NCBI RefSeq assembly: GCF_006345805.1
Contig: NC_043017.1
Location: forward strand, 19,840,001-19,904,000
From: Octopus sinensis
Lineage: Eukaryota
Direction of reading: 5' to 3'
Length of the DNA: 64,000 nt
Below the pieces are notes generated by a model. It was given only the letters and a program-made list of their open reading frames with translations, was not told where the DNA came from and searched no databases. The translations under genes and the position numbers were made by a program. This document shows, piece after piece, positions 12,213-25,654 of this stretch (the first letter of the stretch is position 1; every line of letters begins with the position of its first letter).

Positions 12213-12636
12213 CACACACACACACACATATATACATACATACATATATATATATTTGAGTAGAAAAATGAAATATCTTTTTATGGATAATTCGTTTAAC
12301 AGCCTTCGAAACATATGTCGAAAATAAAGGAAATTTGTTAATTTGTCGTTCAACTCCAATCTTTCATTTATTCATAAATTTTATAAAAATACACACATAT
12401 ATATATATAATATATATATATATATACATACATATATATATATATAATATATATATATGTATGTATGTACATCTTATAGATATATGTATATCCATACACA
12501 TATATATTCACCCTATGTACATCTATTTATTCAATATATATATATATATATATATATTTATTATACATTTTATATTAGATAATCAAATTGGTAGATATAT
12601 TTTCCTGTCTATCATTCTCTCACTCTCTCTCTCTCA

Positions 12637-12678
<42 letters not shown>

Positions 12679-12860
12679 AATGACGCAATGAATAGGAATG
12701 GCTTTTCTGATAACTTTACCAATTTAATAATTAGATGTTTATAAATTACAAAAGCCATACCCAATCATTTTCTCAAAGACATAATACTGTATACTGTGCC
12801 AGGGACTTTCTATTTCTAATTCTACTACATACACACATAATATATCTATCTATCTATCTA

Positions 12861-13005
12861 TTTGATTTTGATTTTTCCAGTTTCAACTCATGAGCTGTGG
12901 CCATGCTGGGGCACCGCCATTTGGTTTGCTACATGATTTTACCTCACAAATGCTTTTTAGCAACTGCCATTTGGTGCATGAGAGAGTTCGATGTAGCTGC
13001 CCTGC
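12861..13005 (-). mobile_element. Extreme 3' end of the CR1-type LINE family seen at 53099-54684
   Basis: Reverse complement aligns with 54540-54684 (catcgaactctctc..ccaaatggcggtgccccagcatggccacagctc..gaaactggaaaaatcaaaatc). Confidence 0.85.
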
Positions 13006-13069
13006 ATATATATATATATATGTATATATATACATATATATACATATATATATATATACATATATATAC

Positions 13070-13100
<31 letters not shown>

Positions 13101-14071
13101 CATATATACACATATATATATATATATACATATATATATACATATATACATATACACATATATACATATACATATATATATATATAATATATATATATAT
13201 AGATATATACATATACACATATATACATATACATATATATATATATATATAGATATATACATATACACATATATATATATATATTTATATATATACATAT
13301 ATAAAATCAGATAAATGTGAATAATGTTGCCTGGTATTCATCAAAGTGTTAAGAAGATCTGACGAGGAGACAACACAAAACATTCATCATTCACTAAAGT
13401 AAAGAAGAATTTCTTTTCTCTCTTGTTTCTGAATGCAAAGCAAATGAATATCTTTATTATATTTGTATAAATACACCTGAACACATCCATAGCAACAAGA
13501 AAGAATATGATTTTTTTTTTTTTTTAGTATTTTCAGGAAAGCACTTCCCAGTATTGGTCAAAGTTAGATAAAAAAAAAAAATCAAAGCTAATTTCAGAAA
13601 AGTAATTAAAAATGATAACCCCCACCCCCATCTGAATCTGAAATACTTTTAGATTTTAATTAACTGATTATTTTAATTTTAATTTAGAAATATATATATC
13701 TTTTTTTTTTTTTTTGCTTTGATGCCATTTTGTTCAGAGACAATAAGAATGTATGTTTTCCTTATGTGACACGTGTCAAGTATGGTTGTGACATATCATA
13801 AAAGCATCTATATGCACACACACACACACACACACACACACTTTATATACACACACATATATATATATACATACACACATAAATATATACATATATATGA
13901 GTAGATGTATATACGTGTGTGCATGTATAAATATATATGTGCATAATATATGAGTATATATATATATGTGTGGTGTGGGGTGTGTGTGTGTATGTGTGAG
14001 TGTGTTTTGTGTATATATAGATATGAGTGTGTTTCTGTATGTACTCACACCCACATACATATGTATGTATG

Positions 14072-14124
<53 letters not shown>

Positions 14125-14349
14125 GGTGACATAACTACCTGGTCCCTCTCCCCATGCCCTCCTCTCATCACACAGATCAGAATGGAATGTTGCATGCATT
14201 TATAGAAATAAAAGAAGTGCAATATGGAGAAGAAATAAAAAATCGTTTCCACATTTATAATATCAACATGAATTACAGCATATAATATTAATTATCTATA
14301 TGTATTCATGTCAGAATTAATTACCTATCCTCATTATTCATGTCGTTAA

Positions 14350-14792
14350 TGGCATTATAGAATTGTTAGAGTGTTAGACAAAAGGCTTTGTAGTATTTCT
14401 TTAAGATTTTTGTGTTCTGAGTTCAAATCATCCTGAGGTTAACTTAACCTTTCTTGTTTTTGGGGTCAAGGAAATCAAGTACAGTCAAGCACTAATATTG
14501 ATGTAATCAACTAGTCCCTTACTCTCAAACTTCACCTTGTGCTAAAATCTGAAAAGGTTACTATTATTATTATTATTATGAGGTGGTGAGCTGGCAGAAA
14601 CGTTAGCATGATGGACGAAATGCTTAGCAGTATTTTGTCTGTCTTTACATTCTGAGTTCAAATTCCGCCAAAGTTGACTTTGCCTTTCATCCTTCCGGGG
14701 TCAATAAGTTAAGTACCAGTTGCGTACTGGGGTCGACCTAATCGATTGCCCCCTGCTCCCAAATTTAGGGCCTTGTGCCTAGAGTAGAAAAA

Positions 14793-14824
<32 letters not shown>

Positions 14825-14940
14825 AGTAGCAAGCTGGTAGAATTGTTAGAAGGTAAGAAAAGATGCTTAGGGGTGCTTTGTCCCTTTTCCCATTTGGAGC
14901 TTAAAATCTGCCAATGATGGCTCTGCCTTTCATCCTTACT
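14350..14940 (+). mobile_element. Three head-to-tail family-A SINEs of different ages separated by (ATT)n
   Basis: Best copy 14581-14792; degraded copies on either side. Confidence 0.8.
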
Positions 14941-15506
14941 CACTGTTTCATTTATTTAAAAGTTTTGTTAAAGTATAGAAAATTGCCAGAAGCTGCCAAG
15001 GAAGCAAGCTAGTACATATAACACAAGCGAGAGGAAGAGTGGTGCAGCATGAGCAAGCAGTGAGGATGGTAGAAACATCAGGCCCAGAGTCACAAAATCT
15101 GACTCAACAAAGCTCATGGTGTTTCGTGGGAGTTTTGTTATCTATATTGGCAGGTGGCCCCGGGGAGCTCTGGCAACATGGTGGACGGGGCCAAAACATT
15201 CTACAGAGCTGCTTCACTGCATAATGAGACATCAACTCTAGTGTTTGGAGATGGAATAAGTACACTGGCGCTTACATCACACAAGTGTTTACTCTAAATA
15301 GCTCTGGTGTTGTATTTGCCGTGGTGCTTAATTTCTATCACCAAATCTGTAAACACTTATCAAAGACAAACAATTCAAACTAGCAGATGGCACAGCTGAT
15401 AGCGATGAATGACTTTTTCACTGTCTTGTTTTTTTTAAAAGTTCGTTAAAATCTAGTTGTGGTATAACATTTACTTTGGTACGAGAAGGTTTCTATTTTC
15501 AAAACT

Positions 15507-15924
15507 GGGATCTTTTCGGTTTGAACGGCAGTTTTTAACATAATTTCTAGGTAACTAAAAAATTTTGAACTTCGTATACTGGTAGAATGTGTTTATAAAA
15601 CATCTTTTTCTCTTGGCTTTATTGAGAAAATTCTATAGTTTGTAAGATATTTGTTGTTTTTTTTCTTCAATTTCTGCAATTTCAACCAATCAAATACGTC
15701 TATTGAGGTAAAAAAAAAACATTCTGTGCCGTATGAATATGTCCCTCGTTTAAGAAACAGATTGGGTTTATTTACATTTGTGAAGAAAAAAAAGATACCC
15801 TTCCCCCCACCCCTAACCCTAAAAAAGATTGAAATGCAATAGATCGATCCTAGGGTCATAATTATGGGTGACAATTTCATATGACACCGCTAGAAAAAAC
15901 TGCCGTTCAAACCGAAAAGATCCC
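15507..15924. mobile_element. MITE with ~30 bp perfect TIRs and a target-site duplication
   Basis: gggatcttttcggtttgaacggcagttttt ... aaaaactgccgttcaaaccgaaaagatccc; flanks aaaact/aaaact (or caaaactg twice if the ends are GG..CC). Confidence 0.92.
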
Positions 15925-15959
15925 AAAACTGTAAACATTCTTTGAAGAAGACAAACAAA

Positions 15960-16310
15960 TGCAAGTGTGACTGTATAGTAAGATTTTTGCTTCTCAACCA
16001 CATGGTTCCAGGTTCAATCCCACTGCATGGCATCTTGGGTTAGCATTTTCTACATTAGCCTTGGGCCGACAAAACCTTGTCAGTGGGTTTGGTTCACAGA
16101 AACTGAAAGAAGCCCATTGTATGTATATATGTATGTATGTATGTCAGTGTTTGTTCCCTACCACTATATGGCAATTGGTGTTGGTGTGTTTATGTTCCTG
16201 TAACTTAGTGGTTCAGCAAAATAGACTAATAGAATAAGTACCAGGCTTATAAACAAAATAAGGCTGATCCCTTTAATTGAAAATTTTAAAGACTGAAACA
16301 AGTTAAAAAT
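15960..16310 (+). mobile_element. Family-B SINE with internal microsatellite
   Basis: caaccacatggttccaggttcaatccc..aactgaaagaagccc..taacttagtggttcagcaaaa..gactgaaacaag. Confidence 0.8.
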
Positions 16311-16424
16311 ATAAGATAAAAAAATAAATTCAGAAGATAGTAAGTAAGACAAAAAAAAAAACAACCCAAAAGACACCAAAAAAAAAAATCCTGAAATTCT
16401 TGACCAAAGTGAAATAAATAAATA

Positions 16425-16650
16425 TTTTCGCTCCGATAGTTGGTCTTCAACTAATTAATCAATTCACTCGGTTTGGAAACGGAGAAGTAAAAGCTATTGA
16501 ACAGCCAAAGATCAATAAACAGCATGGTGGCAAATAATCACAAAATGACTAATAAACAGGAGAAACCGAAAGCTTCTTCCTCATTTGCTTCATGCTGTCC
16601 GCCATGTTACGTAGCAAGTAGTTGGTTTGGTAATCGATAAAACCTGATTT
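16425..16650. promoter_or_regulatory. Candidate promoter/enhancer island
   Basis: Non-repetitive, CpG-retaining; CCGCCATGTT (YY1-type, 16599-16608), TTACGTAG, TAATTAAT, ATCAATA and ATCGATA motifs. Confidence 0.3.
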
Positions 16651-16748
16651 CTTTTTTTCGTGGATTATTTTTGGGTTTTCTTTGTGATTTTTTTTTTTTA
16701 ATTACTAGTTCTATACTGTTTTATTACTTTTCTTTATTTTATATTCTG

Positions 16749-16784
<36 letters not shown>

Positions 16785-16911
16785 GTATGTATATATTTTT
16801 TGCTCTATTGCTATTGCCACCTGCATATTCATTGCTGCCGTGGAACCACCACCACCACCACCACCAACACACCTTTGTCGTCATCATATCAGTTGCTGTT
16901 GCATTTTACAT

Positions 16912-16942
<31 letters not shown>

Positions 16943-17086
16943 TAATAATAAAAAAAAATAATAATAATAAAAATTAAAATAATAATAATAATAAAAATAA
17001 AAATAATAATAATAATAAAAATAATAGTAAAAAAAGAATAATAATAATAAAAATTAAAATAATAATAATAATAATAATAAAAATAA

Positions 17087-17117
<31 letters not shown>

Positions 17118-17198
17118 AATAATGATGATGATGATGATGATAATAATGGTGACCATGATGGCGGTGGCTTCTGATGCGTGATCGAATATGTAACACAA

Positions 17199-17286
17199 AT
17201 GCCAGGATTTGCAACAGATATACATAACAACAACAACAACAATAATAACAACAGCGACACACATACAGAAATAATGGTACTGCAAG
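17199..17286 (+). CDS. Candidate first coding exon MPGFATDIHNNNNNNNNNSDTHTEIMVLQ, phase-1 donor
   Basis: caaATG start, open frame through an (AAC/AAT) poly-Asn run, donor caag|gtaaag. Confidence 0.3.
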
Positions 17287-17374
17287 GTAAAGCATGTTTG
17301 TTACATATGTAGCAGATTGCTTGATAGAAAAGGAAGGCCTCAAAAACAAAAATAAAGAAAGGCAAATATTGGCA

Positions 17375-17445
17375 TGTAGCCAAGGGATACACAGAGCTGT
17401 ATTCAGTTGTGAAAGTGAAAGTACACAATAAAAATACTACTACTA
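17375..17445 (+). mobile_element. 3' UTR remnant of the R4/Dong-like element at 26641-27078
   Basis: ccaagggatacacagagctgtattcagttgtgaaagtgaaagtac..aataaaaatact matches the reverse complement of 26641-26712. Confidence 0.65.
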
Positions 17446-17542
17446 CTACTACTATTGATATTAATAATAATAATAATGTTTTCTTTATTGGTCACAAGGG
17501 CTGAATACAAAACACATAGGGATAATAAAATAATAAAAATAA

Positions 17543-17970
17543 TCCTTTCTACTAACGGTGCAAGGCCTGCAATTTTGGGGGAAGGAGGCTAGTTGATTAC
17601 ATCGACCCCAGTTCATAACTGATACTTATTTCATAGGCCACCCCCCATCCCTGAAAGAATGAAAGGCAAAGTCAACCTTGGCAGAATTTGAACTCAGAAT
17701 ATAAAGGCAGACGAAATACCGCTAAGCATTTTGCCCGGCTTGCCACCTTTATAATAATAATAATAACAATAATAATAATATGAAGAAGGAGGAGGAGGAG
17801 AAGTGGGGCAAGTTGAATACACCGATTCTAGTGCTGGTATTTTATCAACCATGGAAAGATGAAAAGACAAAGCCAGCCTCCGTGGCATTTGAACTCAGAA
17901 TGTAAAGATGGACGAAATGCCATCAAGTATTTTGCATGGTGTGCTAACCGTTCTTCCAGCTCACCATTTT
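17543..17970 (-). mobile_element. Two family-A SINEs
   Basis: gaatgaaaggcaaagtcaacc..gaatttgaactcagaa motifs occur twice. Confidence 0.8.
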
Positions 17971-18004
17971 ACAAATAATTACAGCAACAATACTTTTTCC
18001 TAAA

Positions 18005-18646
18005 ATAGATACAAGGACATTTGATCTCAAAATGTAAAGTGTCAGAATAATTGCCACTTAACAGACAAAAATTATTTCAATGTAATTCTTGTTTTCAAGG
18101 TCAGCAGACTGATTAGAAATATGTAGCTTGGAGTACTGGAATTCTGAGCCTTTCTGTTATAAGGTTTTAAGGAATATTCTCCTCTTTTGGATTGAATTCT
18201 GTGATTTATCACTTCTTGTTGGATCAACTGAGATGTATATATAAAAATAAACAGGAGTGGATTCTGTGTGAATCAAGAAATGGTGACAAGAGAAATTCTG
18301 TTAATGGAATTGCTTGGTGTAAGAAAGGACATCCTGCCATAGAAACCGTGACAAAACAGACAGGGACCCCGAACAGTCCTTCAGCTGGTTGGCTCCTGTC
18401 AAACCATCTAACTAATGTCAGCATGGAAAATGGATTTTAAATGATGATGAATTATGCATCTTCACTGTCTATTGACAATAGAAAATGGTCTAATATTAGG
18501 ACATATAAACCCCTGGAATGGAAAAAAAAAGGGGGCATTTGTAATGCCCTTTTTTGTTATGGGGCTTACATGCCCTAATTTTAGACTATTTTCTATTATG
18601 AAGGAACATAATTCTCTTATTCTGTGGCCATCTCTCTCTCTCTCTT

Positions 18647-18678
<32 letters not shown>

Positions 18679-19028
18679 ATTATTATATATATATTATATT
18701 AGCCCCTGCTAGCATGGAAAGCCGACGTTAAACGATGATGATGATATATATATGGAATAATACTATGAAGCACTGTGTAGAAATAATGTATAAAGATTGT
18801 GGGTAAGACCAAAACAATGCGAAGTGATAAATCACAGAATTCAATCAAAAAGTGTAGAATATTCCTTAAAACCTTATAACAGAAAGGCTCAGAATTCCAG
18901 TACTCCGAGCTACATATTTCTAATCAGTCAGGTGACTTTGAAAGCCACAATTACACTGAAATAATTGTCTGTTAAGTGGCAATTATTCTGACGGTTTACA
19001 CTTTGAGATCAAATGTCCTTGTACCTAT
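18005..19028. repeat. Long inverted repeat: ~210 bp arms (18005-18215, 18821-19028) around a ~600 bp spacer
   Basis: tacaaggacatttgatctcaaa..gatttatcacttc versus gaagtgataaatc..tttgagatcaaatgtccttgta. Confidence 0.9.
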
Positions 19029-20229
19029 ATAATATATGTGTGTGTGTATAAAATTTCCAGGATTCAAGAAACCATTGTAGTGAACCACAATTCATCTGTT
19101 ATTTGTACATATACATGTTATTTGTATATGTATACTGCCTGACTGGCCCTTTTGAGTGTGGTCGTTGCTAGAACCGCTTGACTGGCCCTCGTACTGGTGG
19201 CATGTAAAAGCACCCTGCACATTCTCAGAGTGGTTGGCATTAGGAAGGGCATCTAGCTGTAGAAACTCTGCCAGATCAGATTGAGCCTGGTGCAGCCTCT
19301 GGCTCACCAGACCTCAGTCAAATCCTCCAACCCATGCCAACATGGAAAGCGGGTGTTAAACAATGACGATGATGATGACGATAAATATCATCATCATCAC
19401 TTAATGTCTGTCTTCCATGCATGTATTCCCTGCAGCTATTCATTGTTGACACCACACAAAAAAAAAAAAAATGAACAATATCCTCATTAAAGGCGTGAAA
19501 TTGTAATGATTTTTGGACAATTGACGAAGAGCATGACCAGGGTTTGTGAGTAAGTTTTCTATTTGTTCCTGGATTTAAAAAATCTTTGAAATTTTACACA
19601 GACACACACAACACACACACACACGCGTATGTAGTTGTTTATCATTAATGCTACCAGTCTCATCTTGAACATCATCATCATCATCATCATTTTTCCCATC
19701 ACCGCAACCAGCAATACCCTGTCGTCGTCATAATCGTCGGCATTGCCATCACCATCACCACCACAACATGAAAGTTTATCAACAATCGTACTCCCACCAC
19801 CACCACCACCACCACCACCACCATCACTGCTGCCATTCATTCCCCCTCCTCCTCCTCCTCCCACACCATCATCATCATTTTTAATTTTCCTTGCTTTGTG
19901 ATAGCAAGAACAATAGATTTACACAAACTATTATTTCACTCAAAGGTTTTGTTTTTCTTTTTCTTTTTCTTTATGTTGTTCTTGTGGCAACTGAAAATTA
20001 TCATCCTCATCATCATTATTATCATCATCATCATCATCCTCCTCATCATTATTATTACTTGTGTTGTTATTATGGCTGTTGTTATTTATTAACACAATTC
20101 TAGATTTTCGATGTCTTTGTTTTGTCCGTTTGTTTTTTTTCTTTGGATGTTTTCTCTAAATTAAGAGATGACTTCTCCACTCCTCCACCAGCCTCCTTCA
20201 ACACCCCTTTCTACATTTTAGCACTCCTA

Positions 20230-20745
20230 CCCCCACCCACCTCATCACTCTACTACTGCTTCTGCAATCAAACCCCACCTCACCCCTCTTCCACCACCAC
20301 TGTTAATATTACCACCACCACCACCACCACCAATACCACAACAGCCATTTTCATCTCACCCTCATCATGGCCACCACCAAAAACGATAACACCATCGCCA
20401 CCATCACCAGTACCACTACCATCATCTCCAATGTTACTACTTTCACCACCACCACCACGACTCCCATTTCCACCCTCAACACAACCATGACCACCATGAC
20501 CACCACCACCACCAACAGTTACACTGTGACCCCCCACCTTTGCCATCTCCACTGTCTCTACCACTGACACCACCGTCAACATCTTTACTACCACCATCAC
20601 AAATGCTACACCACCTCTACCACTACAACCACATCCAGTCACCACCATAACCATCACCACCACCACCACCAAACCCACAACCACCACCACCACAACCACC
20701 ACCACCACCGCCACCGCCACCACCACCACCACCGCCGCCGCCACT
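20230..20745. repeat. (ACC/CAC)n-rich low-complexity tract
   Basis: Direct inspection; yields poly-T/P/V pseudo-ORFs. Confidence 0.9.
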
Positions 20746-21293
20746 CCGCTGCTCCTGGCTCTATTTCTTTGTAACCTTCTTAAACCTCTGCTATTATAAC
20801 AACAATGCAAGAGTATTGAAGTACAAGATGTGTGTTTCCTGCGCTCCAGGAAAAGAACTACAACCGAAGCTCCTCATGCTGGTTTTGTTTTATTCCATGA
20901 TCCAGTTCTATGGGTTATCAATTGATCCACCACCACCACCACCACCACCTCTCTTATATTAGTTACAGCAGCACTTGCCCTAGTGCTGTTCCTCATCCAT
21001 TCAACATTAACTGCTTAACCATTTTGCAAGCTTTCCCTAAACATCATCATCGTAGAGACTTGAATTTTTAATTTTTCATTCGTACCAGTATGAGACTAAA
21101 ATTCAAGCAGCTTCCAGGATAAAAGTTTTACTTTCAGTTTCTGTCACTCATAAGGATTTGGTCATTCTTGGACAATAGTAGAAGACAGCTTGTCCCAAGA
21201 TGGTACACAGTGGGACTGAAACCAAAACCACAGACCTGAGGAACAAACCATCTTAACCACGCAACACCTACATAGATATATATATGTGGTTGT

Positions 21294-21682
21294 GTGAAGG
21301 CGCAAGGCTCAGTGGTTAGAGCACCGGGCTTACAGTCATGCAGTAGTGAGTTCAATTCCTGGACTGGGTTGTGTGGTGTTCTTGAGCAAGACACTTTATT
21401 TCACGTTGCTCCAGTTTACTCAGCTGTAGAAATGAGTTGTGACATTACTGGTACCAAGCTGTATCAGCCTTTGCCTCTCCCTTGGATAACATTGGTGGTA
21501 TGGAGCGGAGAGGCTGGTATGCATGGGTGACTGCTGGTCTTCCATAAACAATCTTGTCTGACTTGTGCCTCAGAGGGGAACTTTCTAGGTGCAATCTCAT
21601 GGTCATTCATGACCAAAGGGGGTCTTTACCCCTTATATATATATATATATATAATATATATATATATATATAGGTTATATAA

Positions 21683-21734
<52 letters not shown>

Positions 21735-22082
21735 TGGTATGTGAAGGTTCATGGCTCAGTGGTTAGGGTGTTAGGCTCATAATCATGAGGTAGTGAGCTC
21801 GATTCTCGGACCGGGCTGTGTGTTGTGTTCTTGAGCAAGACACTTTATTTCAGGTTGCTCCAGTTCACTCAGCTGTAGAAATGATTTGCCTCATTACTGG
21901 TGCCAAGTTGCATCGATCCCTTTGCCTTTCCCTTGGATAACATCAGTGGCACGGAGAAGGGACACTGGTATACATGGGTGACTGTTGGTCTTCGTTAAAC
22001 AACCTTGCCTAGACTTGTGTCTTGGAGGGGAACCTTCAAGCTGCAATCCCATGGTCATTCTTGACTGAAGGGGATCTTTAGA
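21294..22082 (+). mobile_element. Two near full-length family-C tRNA-derived SINEs (21294-21635, 21741-22082)
   Basis: gtgaaggcgca.ggctcagtggttag..gagttcaattcc..gttcttgagcaagacactttatttca..cccttggataacat..ggtcattc.tgac.gaagggg.tcttta. Confidence 0.88.
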
Positions 22083-23512
22083 CTATGTGTGTGTGTTTGT
22101 GATGCATTTCTGTACAGTTTCAATGTATGAAATCTCATTTGCAAGTTGCAGCTTCGTTGGCCAAACTAAGGCTATAGAAAAAATTGCCCAAGATACTGTG
22201 CAGTAGACCTGAACCTGAAATCGTGTGGTTTCAAAATCAGCTTTTTAACCACACAGTTACGTCTGCACCCTTATCATTAATTTTTATATCATTAAAACAA
22301 GTGTGTGTGTGTGTGGGGTGGGTGGGTATCAGGGTGGTGAATGGATGAAAGAAAGAAACTTCTGTTCCCTTGAAAGGAGAAAAAAATTGATAAAATATAA
22401 ACCAACTCCATCGAATTGTATTAATTAGAAAACTTTTACTTCCTTTGGCTAAAGAAAACTATCCACACACACACTTCTGGTTTTAATTGGAAAGATGACA
22501 GATTAATATTTCAAAAAGGTTTTGAAAGAAGAAAAGACAGGAAGAGGGTAAGACAGACAGCAGAAAAGAAAGAGAAAAGGAGAGAAAGAAGGAAAGCAGG
22601 GAAGTTGATGAAAGTAAAAATTTTTACTTAGATTTAAGACTTCAACGTAAGAAAAAGCTATGAATGAGTTGTTCGAGGAAAAATTTTAAAAGATATTTCA
22701 AATAAAAATTTTGGATAAAGATTTTTCTCCTTCGTTTATATTTTGTTATTCATTCATTTTTTTCTGTTTTTTTCTCTTGCTTTTTTGTGATTTTCGTGTT
22801 TTTTGACAGCTAACTGAAAGAAATGTCATAATGCGACAAAAAGTAGAGAAGGAAGTTTTTTTTTTCTTTTTGTGAATCATACAGTGTGCGAGATGTGCAT
22901 GTGTTTGTGTGCGTGTGTTTGTGTGCATGTGTGTTTGCATAATCGTGTGTGTGTGTGTCAGTGTGTTTCAGCGTGAATATGTGAAGGGGAAGGGTTTTTT
23001 TTTTTAACTATGTCACGAGAGTGGGGAGCAGGTGAGAAGGCAATCCGAGTGTATAAAACAATATTATTTCCAGTTTAAATTATATTTCGTGCGTGTGATA
23101 AACGATAACTCTTTTGCTTGAAAGTAAACATGAAAATTATGGCACCTCTGTAAAGTATAACAACATCCTTCTCCTCCTCCTCATCATCATAATCATCATC
23201 ACCAACTAGAATGAAAACAACAACAACAACCACAAGAATTGCAATTACAAAAACAAAACAAAAAATTGTTCTGTAGCATCTCTCGCATTTTCCAGAATAA
23301 AATGGTTGAAATTAATGGAACAGCTGACTGGTATAAAAATTAGGGTCCTAAAGAGAAATTGCAGTGGTGCCCAAAGTTTGTAAAACCAATGGGATTTTGA
23401 AGTAACCACAACAAAAATAGGCATTGGGGTGGCTGGGTGGTAAGAAGTTTATTTTCTAACCATATGGTTCTAGTCCAGTCCCAATGTGTGGCACCTTGGG
23501 TGAGTGTCTTCA

Positions 23513-23790
23513 ATTGGTAAATTCCATTGCCATGGGTAGAAGAGGATGTCAAAAAATTTTGCTTAGTTCCACTATCATGAGTAACAAAGAATCTCAGAAA
23601 AATTTGGTAAGTTCTACTGTCATGGGTTGCAAAGAATCTCAGGAAAATTTGGTAAGTTCTACAGTCATGAGCAGTAGAGAATTGCTGAAAATTTTGGTAA
23701 ATTCCATTTCCATGGGTAGAAGAGAATCTTGCAAAATTTTGTAGGTTCCATTGTTTATGAGTAGCAGAGAATCTCAGAAAAATTAGTTAA
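23513..23790. repeat. 45 bp minisatellite, ~6 units, appended to a truncated family-B SINE head (23420-23512)
   Basis: Unit ~ttggtaagttccactgtcatgggtagcagagaatctcagaaaaat; gives the 15-aa periodicity of ORF 23484-23744. Confidence 0.8.
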
Positions 23791-23808
23791 TGGATAGAAA
23801 TGAATCTG

Positions 23809-23840
<32 letters not shown>

Positions 23841-24774
23841 GATGGTAGAAGAGACTTGTCTCCACCATTGCAAGAATTTATGCTGAACATTAATTAATTG
23901 CATATGTGATTAATTTTTGAGTATTGTTCAAAACCTGTTAGAAATAGCAGCCAAATCACCCTCGCACAATGCCTTGTCTTTGTTTTGCTTTCGAAACAAG
24001 TGAAGGTGATTAACACAATGACAGGTGTATTCCTTGAAATATTGTCTGAAATTATGGTGGGATGGTCATGGATGGCTTCTTTTGATCATAGGTGTACTTG
24101 ATCAATGCTGGCCTAAGATTAAACGTCACCACAACAGCAACAACAATAACAACAGCAAGAATACAACAATGATGACCACCACCACCACCACCACCACGAT
24201 CAATATCAAAGATCAATCATTTGCTGGTAGTGGTGGTGGTTGTGGTGTTGGAGCCAGCAACAGTGGTGATGATGGCGGTGGTGGTGGCGGAGGCAGTCGC
24301 GTGGATTTGGCAATTTGACAATTTGCGCTTGATAGAAGATTGCCCAACCCACCATAAAATAATGCATGTGACTTAATTTAATTAATTAATTTTATACACA
24401 TGAATATATTCGTAGCTCTAATTTTAAAATTGTTTTATAGCGAATGCTAGCAACATATATTCTTATATATAATTGATTAATTCATAAATTCTGTTGCGTG
24501 TTACGCAATTCCTCTGATGACTCGTTAGCATTAATAACTGGACTAATCTCACTCAAACATCTCCGTCTGATTTCCTCTCCAAGGCAAATAATTAATAATA
24601 ATAATAATAATAATGATAATAATATTAATAATAATAATAATAATAATGATAATAATAATAATAATAATAATGATAATAATATTAATAATGATAATAATAA
24701 AATTAATAATAATGATAATAATAATAATGATAATAATAATAATAATAATAATAATAATATTAATAATAATAATA

Positions 24775-24811
<37 letters not shown>

Positions 24812-25313
24812 ACTACTAATAATAATAATAATTAAAAAAATTTATAATGATAAAAAAACCAAAAATACTTTTATAGGTGGGAGAGGGTGCAGGTATGGAT
24901 GGTAAGGTGGTTAAGGAGTTAGTTTTCGAACCATGTGGACTCTGGTTCAGTCTCACTGCATGGTACCATAATCAAGTGATTTCTACTATAGCCTTGGGGC
25001 TGATTAAAGCTTTGTGAGTGGATCTGGTAGACAGAAACTGAAAAAAGCCTATAACACACACACCCACACGCAAGGCTTGACACATACGTACACACATATA
25101 TACATGAATCTATATATGTGTCTGTGTGTGTGTCTGTGTGTGTGTGTGTGTGAAGCCTAATTGCATTTATCCGCATCACTACTTCTATTTCAGCTTGTGA
25201 ATTTCTCTTATATTCTTGATGCTGTAGACCTAGTCCTGGATGAGGAATTTGAAGTTTAAGTTCAAATCATTTGAGCACATCTATCTCACACCAATTCTCT
25301 CTCTCTCCCTATG

Positions 25314-25356
<43 letters not shown>

Positions 25357-25359
<3 letters not shown>

Positions 25360-25560
25360 CAGATGAGCACATAAATACAAGTATATATATATACAGAACA
25401 AACGTTATACTTACATACACGAACGTCCATACATACATACGTTCGCATATGTAAGTATAACGGTTGTTCTGTATATATATATTTGTATTTATGCGCCCAT
25501 CTGATATACTCAACTGATGAAGGCAGAGCTTATTGGAAGCAAAGCTAGAAATCCAAGATC
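25357..25560 (+). mobile_element. Penelope-like insert: ~70 bp-arm hairpin (25357-25506) followed by a hammerhead motif
   Basis: tatcagatgagcacataaatacaa..cgaacgt / acgttcg..ttgtatttatgcgcccatctgata; then CTGATGA(25514)..GAAA-tc-caa-ga-TC. Confidence 0.65.
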
Positions 25561-25602
25561 TTATATATATATATATATATATATATACATACACACACAC
25601 AC

Positions 25603-25654
<52 letters not shown>

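Noticed and set aside
13355-13390. ctgacgag..acaaaac as a further hammerhead
   Set aside because: GAAA and the helices are not intact; too degenerate to count.
14985-15420. GC-richer island with a 61-aa ORF
   Set aside because: No recognisable domain, splice pair or element termini; probably a decayed TE but unsupported.
20122-20810. Mucin-like Thr/Pro-rich ORFs
   Set aside because: (ACC)n low-complexity tract with no signal peptide, splice support or frame preference.
23484-23744. ORF with a 15-aa repeat
   Set aside because: Starts inside a SINE head and reflects a 45 bp minisatellite.
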